A stretch of 64,000 nucleotides of DNA from the human T2T-CHM13v2.0 reference genome, Homo sapiens, in the NCBI RefSeq assembly GCF_009914755.1, contig NC_060940.1. One strand, given 5' to 3'. How positions within the stretch are numbered: the first letter of the stretch is position 1; the number at the start of each line of letters is the position of its first letter. This document shows, one piece after another, positions 25,981-39,550 of this stretch. Both the position numbers and the translations under genes were made by a program. A model generated the notes under the pieces. It was not told the origin of the DNA, ran no database searches, and saw only the letters and a list, made by a program, of their open reading frames with translations.

Positions 25981-28037
25981 GGAAAATGGCAGTTAAATTC
26001 AAGGTGATCTTTTGATCCCATCATGATAGGATTTTTCCCACTCCCTGTTAAGTGCGGCTGCTCAGTGCTGTCAGAAAAGGTAAAGGAATCCGAGCCCCGA
26101 GGGCTGCCCAGAAGTGGGCGCTTGCCCCAGCTGCTGTCCAGTAGCATCTGCGGGCAGCACCTGCACCCATCTGTGCATTTTCAGATCCTCGCCCTCCTCA
26201 CCCGCCGCGCTCTGCGGGCAGCACTTGGGCGGCTGGTCCATTCTCTGGATCTCCTTGGTGGCCGGCAGGGGGCATTCGCCCAGGCTGGGGCCTGGAGCGC
26301 AGACGGAAGGAATTAGATAATTTGATGTCTGAGGACAGTGGAAACTCGGTGGCGGGTAACCAGATGAATATATATTTTTTATTTAATAAGTATGAGTCAG
26401 GGTTTGAACTGGCAACTTAATTTTTACAAAGTTGAATTTAAATGTGAATGTTTTCACTCATTTCTCTTACCTATACACCTGGGTGTTTTAGATTTATCTT
26501 CTTTCCTGTTACTAACCCGTTTTTAAATTTTGTGTGGACTCATTCATCCTTCAAAGTCTATGGAATTTTTCTCCTGGAGTGTGAAGGTCGGAGGGTCACA
26601 GGAGGGCGGTTCTGAGGATGTTTCTTTTTATCGACTCGTGCTCCAAAGACGTTTTCCTGCTGGTGGGATGGCTGTTTCTTTCTTGCCTCCCGGTGGCAGC
26701 AGCTGGGCTGCTTTGTATCTAAAGTCAGTAGTTGGGCTCTCATGAAACTATTGAAGTGCAGTTTGAAAGCTGGGTTTTCCGGTAACTATGGTGCAACCTC
26801 TGGCAGCAGCTGGGCTCTCCTGTAAGGATTTCCTAGTGATTTTAATGGTTAGGTTCCCCCATGACCACAGCCAGCGGCTGGGTTCCTCTGTGAGTCACTA
26901 AAGTTGCTCAGCCTGGGGCTTCCTGAGGCGCCCCAGTCACCCAGCCAAGATCTGAGGGTGACTTGGAGTATTTTAGAGATGACCCGAGAATTGGAAGCCA
27001 AAGAGCGGCTGCTTCCTGTATGGCTTCTTTATGCATGAGGATGAAAATGTGCTGCCGAAACGACTTTAGGGTGTTCTTCCCTCTCATCCTACAAATCCCA
27101 CTGTCCTGGCTGGTTTCTTTTTGTCTGTAGCACAGACAGGTTTGTTGTGATTATACAGAGAGTCAAAACGTGTCTCAAGTATCTACTGATAAAAAAGTCA
27201 AGAGGCATGTTTCCAAAACCCGAGGGACTTTTGATACCTAATAGAGTACTTAAAAAAACCCAAACACTTCTTTCTCTGTTTTAATTATTTCCACCATTTT
27301 AGTCTCAATGGGAACAGATTTTTAGGGTTTGGGCAGTAGAGTCCAAACTTGAGGCTCTTGGTAGTCAAAACAGGACGCTTTTCAGCTTAATCTTTTTATT
27401 ACTACAATTTTGGATTCCATCCTGTATTTTCCTGTAAATTAGTGAAGTTGCATGAGCCAGCTAGAGAGGCCACTGCATTGAAGAGCCCTTCCCATCATGC
27501 CCAGATTCGTCATCGCTACAGGGATGGGGTCCTGTGGCCTAGTGGGAAGTGGCCAGGCATGCAGTGGGGCGCTGGCTCCATCCTGTCACCTGCTCCGCCG
27601 TGGCCTTCGGATCCTCAGTTTTCTCCCTGTTGAATACAGGGCATCTCTGGATGCTGCTCAGGGCGTGCTGAGAGCTCTCCATAGCGCAGGTGGTAGAGAC
27701 CTGGGGGTCCCAAGACAGTTCTCTGCGTGTGCACGGTGAGCCCCAGGAAGACAATGCACCTGGCTTTGGCCCCACAGTGAGAGTAGGTTGTGCCCACTCG
27801 GCTTGTGGTATAGGGACTCCAGGGATGAGGACACAGGCCCTGTCCGTAAGGAGTTTGTGCTCTAGTTGAGAAAGCACGATGGAGAGGCATTGGGAATGAC
27901 ATAAGCAAGCCCCGGACCTGAGCAGCGATGGGAGGGTGTGTTGCAGTCCGTTGTAATCACTATTTACACAGGAGCAGCCACTGTGCACCAGAATGTTCTG
28001 GGTGCCTGACATCCATGGGTGGACACAACAAAGGCCC

Positions 28038-28382
28038 GTGTTTATGAGGGGGACAGTAACAATACATACGTGAATTCTCCAAACTGTGTTTGCGAGGGGA
28101 ACAGAATAACAATACATAACGTGAATTCTCCAAACTGTGTTTGTGAGGGGGACAGAGTAACAATACATACTTGAATTCTGCAAACTGTGTTTGCCAGGGG
28201 AACAGAATAACAATACACACGTGAATTCTCCAAACTGTGTTTGCCAGGGGAACAGAATAACAATACACACGTGAATTCTCCAAACTGTGTTTGCCAGGGG
28301 AACAGTAACAATACACACCTGAATTCTCGAAACTGTGTTTGTAAGGGGGACAGAGTAACAATACACACATGAATTCTCCAAA
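28038..28382. repeat. 50-bp minisatellite, ~7 copies
   Basis: gtgaattctccaaactgtgtttgccaggggaacagaataacaatacacac (period 50 at 28221/28271). Confidence 0.95.
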
Positions 28383-28966
28383 TGCCAGAAGGTGGTCAGT
28401 GCTCTGACAAAACAAGTGGGAGGAGGGTGGGAGCCCAGGAGGGCGGGAGGGTCAGGTGGTTATCCAGGGGGATGGTGAAGCCAAGACATGAAGGAAGGGA
28501 AGGCGGTGGCCGAGCAGGTCTGAGTAGGCGGAGGACCAGCGAGTTCTGATCCAATTGTTGAGGTCCCTGATCTCACCCTCTGGGCATTCAGGACCTTAGG
28601 TGCTGCTGCGAGTTCAGGGCAGAGGGAAGTTGGAGCATGGAAGGTCTGGGAATCTTGTGAGCGCCCCAAGTGTGCACCTGGTATGGGCCGACCAAGTCAG
28701 AGGGATCAAGAACTTAAGTAAATGGAAAGAGTGTGTCATGACACCTTAGTGAGAATTTATATCTCGTGGGGAGCCCCGCCTGTGGGCCAGCTAAGCACCT
28801 TCTGTGCAGTGGGCCTTTCCAGACCCTTGCAGGAAGATGGGGCCGGCCTGGTGGGCTGGGGTGCCTGGGTGAGGCCTCTTCAGTGGGCCCTGACCCTGCA
28901 GCCAGGCAGCTCCTGGTGGCTGTCCCAAACAGGCCTCACCCCTTCTCCTTGGATGTGTCCTTCCAG

Positions 28967-29134
28967 GTCACCTTTTCTATAAATTTGGCATCACAGAATC
29001 TGACTGGTACCGAATCAAGCAGAGCATCGACTCCAAGTGCCGCACGGCGTGGCGGCGCAAGCAGTGGGGCCAGAGCCTGGTGGTCAAGAGCTTCTCGCGG
29101 AGAATGCCCAACTCATCCTCCTACTGCCCCTCAG
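28967..29134 (+). pseudogene. BANP: BANP-like exon B (168 nt), C-terminal part of BEN domain
   Basis: ttccag|gt cac ctt ttc tat aaa ttt ggc ... tgc ccc tca g|gtaggc; translates HLFYKFGITESDWYRIKQSIDSKCRTAWRRKQWGQSLVVKSFSRRMPNSSSYCPS; phase matches exon A (t+gt = Cys). Confidence 0.95.
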
Positions 29135-30477
29135 GTAGGCCTCGTGCTGCAGGAGAGGCCGCCCTCCCCTGCTCGGGGCAGCTGGCCTGGTGGCACCCTC
29201 AGGGGCAGCCAGAGCGTGGCCGGCGGCTCCACCAATGGCCGGGAGCCGAGGCCAGAGGCTTGTGAGGTGCACACGGAGCAGTGGAGCTGCAGGACCTGTG
29301 CCTGGCCCTGTGCGCCCTTCACACAGACAGCCTCGGGCCTGCTCCAGGCTCCTCTGTGAGGGACAGAGGGCCTGTTGGGCCTCCTGGAAGTCTTCTGGAT
29401 GGGGGCAAGGAGGCCGAGGCCTTTGTGTAGGGCTGCCGGCCATTGTATTCTCACGATTTGCCTGGTGACTCCGGGTGAGGAAGTGGGGTGGATTCTGAAT
29501 TGTGCTTTATTTTTACTTTGAGTTCATGGCCTTAGTTGGATTTATCCACAAGATAATGGAAACAGTTCTCTTTGAGTTGCCTCTCAGGCATTGCTGGGGA
29601 GATTGTTCTCCTTGGAGAATTTTCACTAGGAATGACAATGTGACTTGATACTGCCTTTTACCCAAGACATCTCAAAATATTTTAATACGTATTTGAATGA
29701 AAACTATTCTCTTAAAGCTCCCCACAGTAGCTGCATTGGCAGTGACTCTTGGAACTTGAGCTCTGACTGGGGCTGGGGTCAGGATGCGAGGGCAGCTGTG
29801 GGCAGGGCCAGCTCTCCTATTCAGTGGAGTCTTTGTCGGCCGGAACCCTTTGTTCTGGAAGTCCTGGGAGTTACAGACCAGATCACCTGGAGTTCTCCCG
29901 GGGCCTCGTTCTTTCTGAACCGGACTTCAGGAAGTGGTTTTCCCGGGCTGTTTTGGTAGTTATCAGATACTCGGCCTCAGCTGCTGCCCAGGGGCTTGAG
30001 GATGGGAGGTGGCTGCCTGTAGTGGGCCACACAAGTTGTGTCCCTAAAGCAGCACTTTATTGAGTGACCTGTGTTGAAGAAGCTCTTCTATTCTAGGCCT
30101 TTCTACTACAATGAGGAATTCTGCCTTGGGACTTGAGAGAGGTAGCAGTCCTAGGGTGTGGGTTAGGGGCATTCACTGAAATACCATGTAGCAGCGTAAC
30201 CTGTGGCTATTGAAATGTGGCTGTAGGAATATTGCTCATGACTTGACTTCTCTCTTGAATATTCATAGCTGGGCAACAGAGAGCGATGTGAGGACTATAC
30301 TTATGGCATGATACCATTTTTATTGCAAATATATAGGTATATGTGGAAGTTGATTAAAAATTTATGTGTGATCATTTTTACAGTGCCTATCTCTAGGTAG
30401 TAGGATAATTTTTATTTTTCCCTTTGTCTTTTATTGTAGTTTCTCAGTTATTTCCAATAAGCACTGCATTAGTTTTA

Positions 30478-30812
<335 letters not shown>

Positions 30813-30826
30813 GTCAAGGAGAGGAG

Positions 30827-30874
30827 ATTTCTGTCAGGCACAATTTCTGTCAGGCACAATTTCTGTCAGGCACA
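30827..30874. repeat. 16-bp perfect tandem x3
   Basis: atttctgtcaggcaca at 30827, 30843, 30859. Confidence 0.95.
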
Positions 30875-30879
30875 GTAGC

Positions 30880-31615
30880 AGGAACCAGATTGAATTCTCT
30901 TGCCATTGAAATCTGGACAAAAATCTGTGAATCGGCTGTCCTAAGACATTAGACAAGCAACAGCACAGGACCGTGATCCCGAGAGAAGGAACACGAGAGG
31001 AGGGGACAGGGAGATGCCAGGCAGAGATAGCTACATCACTGCATGGAGGAGATGGGTTGGAGTTGAGAGAGGCTGAGGCAGCAGAAAGTTGTGGAATCAA
31101 GTTCTTAAGAGCAGAGGGTTACACGGGGGCCATCTTGGGTGTTTGGGGGATTCCAAGGCAGGCATGAGCTCAATGGCTCCTAAGCTCACCCCAGGCTGGG
31201 TGGTGGTTGGATTCCCACTAGCCAGAGTCCTCAGTGATCAGTCACTGCACTAGCTGGCCATGCCTACTGGCAGGCTAAACTGTCCCTAGAATAAAGGCAG
31301 AGCTTAAGAGAGCCTGAGAAAGATCACATTGAATCACAAGTAACAACACTTTTAAAAGAAAGACAACAAAACCTAGACACCCAACAAAGTAAAATTCACA
31401 ATCTCCAGTATCTAGTCCAGAGTACCAGGAAGCAGGAGATTGTGACCTATGATCAGAAAATCAGCAAATAGGAAGGGACCCTGTCTGGAATTAACTGACC
31501 AGGACATTGAAATCTATTAAAATTACATTCAGGAATTTAAAGGAAAAAAGGAACATAGCAAGGAGCGAAATAGAAGACATAAAAAAGAACCATATGGAAC
31601 TCCTAGACTCGAAGA
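30880..31615 (+). mobile_element. Old L1M 5'/ORF1-region fragment
   Basis: A-rich ...aaaattcacaatctccag...aagcaggagattgtgacctatgatcagaaaatcagcaaatagga...aaatagaagacataaaaaagaaccatatggaactcctagac typical of L1M ORF1 start. Confidence 0.6.
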
Positions 31616-32539
31616 GCGAGGAGAGTTGTTGCCAGGCTTGCCTTCCATGTGTTTCGGGTACGTGCATTTGGTAAGGTTAGCGGTCTGCTTCATCCAATGG
31701 GGAATCAAAACCCAAGTTAAATGACTTGCCAGGTCCTTAGTGAGCAAGAAGCTGCTGTTATATAACCTGACGACTGCCAGATATGTTGGCCTGCATCATT
31801 AGGATACCAGAATCTTGAAAGGGTAAATTTAGTGAGCTGAAATTTCATAGCTGGAAATGTAGACTAAGAGCATTTGCACAGTAGTAGACGGTGGTGTAAC
31901 AGCATGTGAAGCTGAGTGTTTTGCTGGCTGCGCTGGTGTGCAGGAGCTTCCTCAGAGCCCTTGTGGTTGGAAGGTGCACTCTGGAGCACACCCATTCTTA
32001 GCTTGTCTACCCTGTGGCCCCAGTGGAGCGTTTTGGAGCTGCTGGGAGGAGCTGTCCAGGGACAGACTGTCATGGTGGCAGTGGGCTGGAAACTTGTCTT
32101 TGGGGAAACGGTTAGAAATTGAGATTTCACAAGGTTTGATAACGGTTAGATGCCTGGAGAAGCAGTGCATAAGTGAAGAATTAGGCTGGTTTTGTAGGTG
32201 CTAAGAGGGTCAGTGGAGGAAAAGCAGCTCCGCGGAGGTGGGCTTCAGCCCAGCTGGGATTTTGTCATTTTCTTCCTGGGGTGCACAAGGCTTGCTCGAG
32301 GACCTGTGGTGGTGAGTGCTCTGTAACTGCTCAGGCAGACAGGAAACCGCCATGGAGCACGCAGCACTGCCTGGCGGTGGTTGCTTTGGGACATGACCCA
32401 TCACTGGAGGTGCTCAGGTGGAGTCAGGGTCTTTGGCTGGAGCCAAGCTCTCCACGTGCAGCATGCAGGTGGGCATGTTGAATCTCCTTTGAATCTCATG
32501 AATTTCAGATTCTGATTTAGTGTAGCTAGGCAATTTCTA

Positions 32540-32917
<378 letters not shown>

Positions 32918-32961
32918 CTATGTACTATGGCAATTTAATACCTACCATTAGCTATTGGTAA

Positions 32962-33386
<425 letters not shown>

Positions 33387-33500
33387 TGCTTCTCTTTAAT
33401 AATCAGAAATTTTATGTCTTTCATTTTTCTCCTTTCATTCATATCAACATTCTACTTCTCTCACAGAATTTCATCTTTCTGCTTCCCTCCCCAGTCCCCC

Positions 33501-33782
33501 CGAGATGGAGTCTTGCTCTGTTGCCCAGGCTGGAGTGTAGTGGTGCCATTTTGACTCATTACAACCTCCGCCTCCCAGGTTTAAGTGATTCTCCTGCCTC
33601 AGCCTCCTGAGTGCCTGGGATTACAGACCCCCACCACCACGCCTGTCTAATTTTTGTATTTTTAATAGAGATGGGGTTTCACCATGTTGGCCAGGCTGGT
33701 CTTGAACTCGTGACCTCAGGTGATCTGGCTGCCTTGGCCTCACAAAGTGCTGGGATTACAGGTGTGAGCCACCGTGCCCAGA
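33501..33782 (-). mobile_element. AluSx-like
   Basis: gagatggagtcttgctctgttgcccaggctggagtg...gagccaccgtgccca. Confidence 0.95.
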
Positions 33783-34385
33783 CTACATTTTTACGCTTAA
33801 AAGCTTTTTAAAATTAGTCATTATAATTCTCTGCAACAAAACTATGTGTATACATTGAAAATTAAAGTTTTTCTGCGCTCTTAATATTCTAAGAGTTTAA
33901 GAAAATTATGATTGAGACATCATTACAGTGAAAATTAATACACAGTACATCAAAGCAAATGTATCTCATTTTGATTAAACACAGCAAGTAAAATTTGTTG
34001 GAAATGTATCTTTAAGTGCGTGGATGAGACTTTTGCTCTATTAGTTTAATTACCCATGGACAAATATTGCCAGCCTGAAACAGCTTTTAATGTCCACTTT
34101 AAGAACTTCATTCATTTAAATAAGTTGGGGACTAGAAGGGGTTTTGTCATAGCATCACGCCACTCTCAGGCCCTTCTGCATTCCACGTCGGAAAACTCAG
34201 TTCCTAAGACTCACTCATAGTGACCTCTGCAGAAGAGTGGAGATGCAGTGAGTCGAGGAAAAATGAAGCATTTCCTCTTCTCTGCTGTGGGAGTCGAGAG
34301 TGAGGGACGGGGGTGCACACATGCTGCACAAGGCAATGCCTAAGAAACTTCTCGTTCACCCCGTTCACACCTGTTGCCTCCACAG

Positions 34386-34522
34386 AGCCGATGATGAGCA
34401 CCCCACCTCCTGCCAGAGAGCTCCTGCAGCCACAGCTGCAGCCGCAGGCCCTGCACTACGCGCTGGCCAACGTGCAGCAGGTGCAGATCCACCAGATCGG
34501 AGAAGACGGACAGGTGCAAGTA
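34386..34522 (+). pseudogene. BANP: BANP-like exon C (137 nt), P/Q-rich region
   Basis: ctccacag|ag ccg atg atg agc ... gtg caa gta|gtacgt; EPMMSTPPPARELLQPQLQPQALHYALANVQQVQIHQIGEDGQVQV (inside ORF 34313..34693). Confidence 0.93.
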
Positions 34523-36076
34523 GTACGTACCCTCTCCACCTCGCACCTTGGTAAAGGGGGCTGTGGGGTGGGCCACGGCGGGGCCATGGCGGCTTCCACC
34601 AGTTCCGCTGTGTTTCGGGAGCACAGTGATAGCTTGGGAGGAGGCACAAGGTTCCCATTTAAAGTAGAGGTCATCGTGGCCATGAGCTCTTAACATTTCA
34701 CAGGTGGGGGCGGCTGCTGCAGAGCCTAGGGATTGAAGCACATGGTGGGGTGGGGCATTCAGTCAGCTCACCTCAGTCCTGCCAGCAGGCAGGCGGGCAG
34801 TCAGCTCCAAGGGTCAGGCCGTGCAGTGGTCCCTGCCCCAGCTCGTGCTCCTGGGAAGCAACGGAAATATTTCTCAGCTCAGAAGTGCAGGCGTCCTCTT
34901 ACTGAGGGAAAGAGTAATTTCCTTCTAGGATCAGTGGCAAAAGCTTGAGGTCATTGTTCCCATGCAGCGTTTCCCTTGGAGTTACTCAGCACACCCAGGT
35001 TGGGCGGGCACTGTCCCAGCAGCAAGTCAATGTCCTGCCTTGCCTGTGCGGAGTTCTCTGTTGGGGTTTTGTGACCCAAGCTGTGGTCAGTCTGATGCGC
35101 CTAGGGGCTCGCTCCCGGGTGAAGTCCCTCTACAAACACCTCCTGGATTCTGTGGCACGAGAGTAGGGGGCGGCTGAGAAGAAGACTTTTCTGGAAGCTT
35201 TGCTGAGTGACTAGAAATTTTACATGTACCACTAGACCTAGCCTATGTTTTTAGTGGCACCAGCCCCCTTGGGCCCTCTGAAGACAGGTCATCGTGTGCC
35301 TCCGTGTTACCAGGGCTTTCTCCTGGAAACAAGGTCCTCCACTATTGAGAGTGGGTCGTGGCTCTCATGTCAGTGTGGCTTCAGCGTGCTGTCTGGAAGA
35401 GGGAAGGCTTCCAGAAAATTCTGGGGCTTTTAGAGGGGGCATTCCCTTCCTCTTCCAAAGGAGATGAGACAGTTATGAATAGTGAATCTTATTTAATAAG
35501 CTTATTAATTTGTTTGGCATTCACAATGGCAGTTCCTCTCATCTTGTTAGTAAGAAGTTCTTTGAAAGCGTTCCAGAGTAGATAACTTTGTCATAAGGCT
35601 TACATAGAACTTTCTACAGGAGTTTAAGATCCATTTCAACTAAGAGAGAATTTCAAATAAGATAAGGAGTATTCATTTCATTTACAGGTTTATAGGAAAT
35701 ATTTGTCTGCCCGTATGTATAAACAGTGGATTCTTTGATTTTTTTTGAATCACATTTGTTAGTGTTTCCTCAAACTGTTTAAATAGTCATATGAGTGTTT
35801 CTTTGATTTGAAAAACGTTGCCTGCCCTGTTGTGAGTGTAGGCACGCAAACAGCTCCCCTGCTTCAGCCACACACTGCTTGTGTAGCCTCCCAGCATCCC
35901 CAGAGAGCTGAACGTATCATTTGAAAAGAGGCGTCATTGTGATTTTCTATTTCCCCTCTTTTCTGTGTGTCATGCACATTTTAAAATTTACTTGTTTAGT
36001 AACATTTAAAGATGTATATATCTTTCCTGGGACCTATTGCTCCTTTGTGAAGTACTGGAACATGTTCTGTGTTACA

Positions 36077-36416
36077 CAGTACCCCCCCTTACCCATGCTT
36101 CCACTTTCCTAGGTTTTAATTACCCACAGTCAACTGTGATCTGAAAATATTAGATGAGAAATTCCAGAAATAAACAATTTGTAAGTTTCAGATTGCATAC
36201 TCTTCTGGGTAGTACCATGATGAAGTCTGGTCGTCCTGCTGTGTCCAGCCCGGGATGTGAGTCATTCCTTTGTCCAGCATGTCCAAGCTGTGTGGCACGT
36301 ATGGGCAGGAAAAAGCATAGCATATACGGGGTTCAGCACCATCCACGGTTTCTGACGTCCACATGGTGGGGGGAGGGGGCGCTTCTTGAAACCCTCATGG
36401 ATGAGGGGGACTACTG
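36077..36416 (+). mobile_element. MER44A-like (TcMar-Tigger) MITE
   Basis: Terminal inverted repeats cagtacccccccttaccc ... ggatgagggggactactg; internal gaaattccagaaataaacaatttgtaagttt. Confidence 0.85.
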
Positions 36417-36600
36417 TGAACCAAAAGCTTAATTTAAAGAGGTGACCACAGACTATATTGCACTATTCAGGATTTAGTTATCTTTTTGAATTGTAAACAG
36501 ATAATCAAGAACAAACATTCCGGAAGATGTTTCTTGTTTCCTTTGCTTTTTATTTTCTTCTGATGCTTCTTGGTGTCTTTTCTTACTGCGGATCCCACAG

Positions 36601-36663
36601 GGACACCTCCACATCGCCAAGGTGCCACAGGGGGAGCAAGTCCAGATCACGCAGGACAGCGAG
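36601..36663 (+). pseudogene. BANP: BANP-like exon D (63 nt)
   Basis: Long pyrimidine tract, then atcccacag|gga cac ctc cac atc gcc aag ... agc gag|gtgagt; GHLHIAKVPQGEQVQITQDSE. Confidence 0.92.
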
Positions 36664-38849
36664 GTGAGTCATCTCTCGCTGCAGCCCTGTCCCTGCAGGC
36701 ACTGTGCCCGCATGCTCCCGACCTTCATCAGTGTCACAGTGTGAGGGCAGCAGGGAGCCCCCAGGATGGGGAACGTGGGCGAGGGCTGCAGGACTCCGCT
36801 TCCAGGGTGCACATAGCGGGCCTGCAGTCTCTGTGGCCTCACTGCCTCCCCCTCCTGTCCGTTGGTCTCCACAGCTTCTGGTCTGTCTTGGCAAAGATCT
36901 CCTGGGTAGATGTTTCTGCTCCTGGCTGGAAGTGCCCTCTGAGTACCCTTCTCTCCCTGTCTGGCCCTGCCCTTCCTGCCAGGGGAGGGCCCCAGTGTGG
37001 CCGAGATGGGGTCTGCCCCTGCACAGGTGACCTGACATACCCCCTCACCTGCCATGTGGCCCCAGCTTCCTGGTGGCCTCTACAGGATTAGTGCCGATTT
37101 CATAGGATGGTGGGGAATCCCACAAGGTGATGCTGCCAGTCCTGAGAGCTGGTCATAGCCCTGACGCACCTGCCGTGTCTGTGATTGTCTCAGTTTCTGG
37201 AGCTCTACCCAGCCACGCACTCAGAAGTGCGGGCTCAGCTGCTGTTGGGGTCTGGAATGTGAAGGCGGGAGTGACAGTCTGAGTTCTTGGAAAGCCGAGG
37301 CCGGCCGGTTGCGATGCTCCGTGTTTGCGTACCAGAGCAGGACTGTCTTCCGGGTGGCTGGTGACCGTCCTTCGACTCTGGGCTGTTTCCTGCAGCACAG
37401 GCAGCAGCAGGCACAGGGCACTAAGCAGCACACACGTGTTGTACTGAGTGACCGTGGTGCGCTCTGGGGGATGAGGAACATGGCTGTTTCTAGGTGGTGA
37501 CAATGGCACCAGCTTTGTGTTTGGTGCATAGTAGTGTGTCGCTACGAAGATCTCAGGCTTCCCCACACACACCAGCAGCAGAGACTAGGAAGCCCAGGTG
37601 CTGAGGTCAAGGGGACTCATGGACATGTTGGCGTGCGAGGCCTCCCGGGAGCTCATGCTGGGTACAGGTGCTGTGGGGGAGCAGAGGAGAGAGAAGCCCT
37701 GCCTTCGGGGACTCACAGTGGGCACAGAGCCTCCTGCCCAAGTGCCCGTGAGCAAGACTGTGGACACATGCACGCCGTGGCACGTGGAGCACCAGGGACT
37801 TAGGTGTGTCTGCTGGCAGTGGCTTTAATTTGGACACCAGCAGTTCCCAGTGGGTTATCCTGAGAGGGGAGCACATGCATAAGGGTTCCAGGGGTGGAAT
37901 GAGGATGAGGTGAAAGGGGAGGAATGAATTCATGTGGGGGCCATGAGCGACTGGGAATGAGTGGGCTCATCCACACAGCGACATGACCAGGTCACTAAGA
38001 AACATGTGGTCAGATGGATGGATGGAAGGAAGCACCAGGGCGGGGAGCAGGTAGGGGACGGTCCCAGGAGGCCAGAGTGTCCAGGAAGGGGCAGGGCCTG
38101 GTTCTGTGTCTGTGGGTGGGTCAGGGACCATCTCCCTGGAGATGTCGGGAGATGCGCCTGTCAGCTCAGCAAGGTCAGGTGCAGGAGTTGGGGGCCTGAG
38201 CGGCTGCGAGGTGCAGGATCCCAGCAGCACCTTCCAGTGCAGGAGCTGCCTTTGAGGGGCAGGGGAAGGTTTGCTTCTCAAGGCACAGACAGGTTGGGGC
38301 TGGGAGGCTAAGCTCACTGCCAGAGACCTCAGCCAGAGTTCTTGAATACCTGGAAGCCTATGAAGTTCGTCGGAATGCTTAATTTCCTTAGAGTCATTGA
38401 AAATGCAGGAAAATTGAAACAGCAGCAAAAGAAAAAAATCAACACACATTTGCTTTTTATAGTTTATGCTAAAAAATCTTGACTACTGGAATTTCAATTT
38501 TTTATTATTAGTTTTATCCTTCAGTTTTCAAAACTGAATCCATCTTGTATAGGTGATTGTCTTTCATTTTCATTAGGAATTGAATGCAGTAAGTTAGAAA
38601 TTGCTAATAATACTAACGATGGCTTTGTGATAAGTGACAGTATGCAGTCTCCTCACCATAAATTCATACCATGTTCATTTAAAATTATTTTGTTAAAACA
38701 GGATATCTGCAAATAAACATTTAGCAGGGTCTAACAGACATAAAACAGTTCCTTTTTACAACAAATGAAAATGAATTTCTAACTGGAGAGCTCTTAGTAG
38801 CTCTGTGGTTGAGTGAGTTGGTTCCTTGCGTGCAGCCCGTGACCTGGCG

Positions 38850-38972
38850 TGGTGATGCCGCACAGCTCAGCAAGGCGTCCCCCTTTGGGGAAGCTGGGTG
38901 ACATGCACATAGGACCTCTCTCTGCTACTTTCTGTACTTTTTGTGAGTCAGATTCTTTCAAAATAAAAAATG
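38850..38972 (+). mobile_element. L1MC-like 3' end fragment
   Basis: ggggaagctgggtgacatgcacataggacctctctctgctactttctgtactttttgtgagtc...tttcaaaataaaaa. Confidence 0.7.
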
Positions 38973-39166
38973 AAGTAAAAATGACATTTTCATTTGGGGT
39001 CAGGGTGGGGGAATGGGTACAGTGCTTTTTGAGTTGTTTGTTCACCTTTAAAATAATAAATAGTACCTAGAAATCTAAATATTTTGTTTTGGGGCTTTTG
39101 TTGCTACTGGAGGTTGAATTTTTGCAGAACTAGTGTTTTTCTTGTTATTCTCAAGTGGCCTGTGAT

Positions 39167-39240
39167 GTGTCTTGGCGTGTTTGCCGTGTCTGCGGGTGTC
39201 TTGGTGTGTTTGCTGTGACTGCGGGTGTCTTGGTGTGTTT
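39167..39240. repeat. 29-bp GT-rich tandem (~2.6 copies) just upstream of exon E acceptor
   Basis: gtgtcttgg(c/t)gtgtttgc(c/t)gtg(t/a)ctgcgg repeated. Confidence 0.8.
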
Positions 39241-39275
39241 CTACTCATGACCGTTCCTCCTCTCGTTCTTTGTAG

Positions 39276-39314
39276 GGCAACCTCCAGATCCATCACGTGG
39301 GGCAGGATGGTCAG
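39276..39314 (+). pseudogene. BANP: BANP-like exon E (39 nt) with mutated splice donor (CTGAGT)
   Basis: ctttgtag|ggc aac ctc cag atc cat cac gtg ggg cag gat ggt cag|ctgagt; GNLQIHHVGQDGQ. Confidence 0.9.
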
Positions 39315-39550
39315 CTGAGTGTCCCAGTCCCCATGCACATGCGGGCGTTGCGCTGCCAAGGGGTGGGGTTCTCAGGGGAGGGGGTGGGACGGTCAGGTGA
39401 GTGCCCTGGTCCCCATGTACATGTGGGCATTGTGCTGCTGAGGGGTGGGGCTCTCATGGGAAGGGGGCGGATGGTCAGGTGAGTGCCACAGTCCCCCTCT
39501 CACATATAGGCCATTGTGCTGCCAAGGAATGGCGGCTCTCATGGGAGGAA
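39300..39550 (+). repeat. 82-bp tandem repeat (~3 copies) whose unit spans the exon E end and donor site
   Basis: gga(t/c)ggtcag|(c/g)tgagtg with the +1 position at 39315, 39397 and 39479 (period 82). Confidence 0.85.

Noticed and set aside
27539-28415. 280/151/108-aa minus-strand ORFs with repeated motifs
   Set aside because: Products of the 50-bp tandem repeat.
29093-29103. TCTCGCGGAGA in exon B resembles the BANP target motif TCTCGCGAGA (autoregulation?)
   Set aside because: An extra G breaks the palindrome; explained by the codons F-S-R-R.
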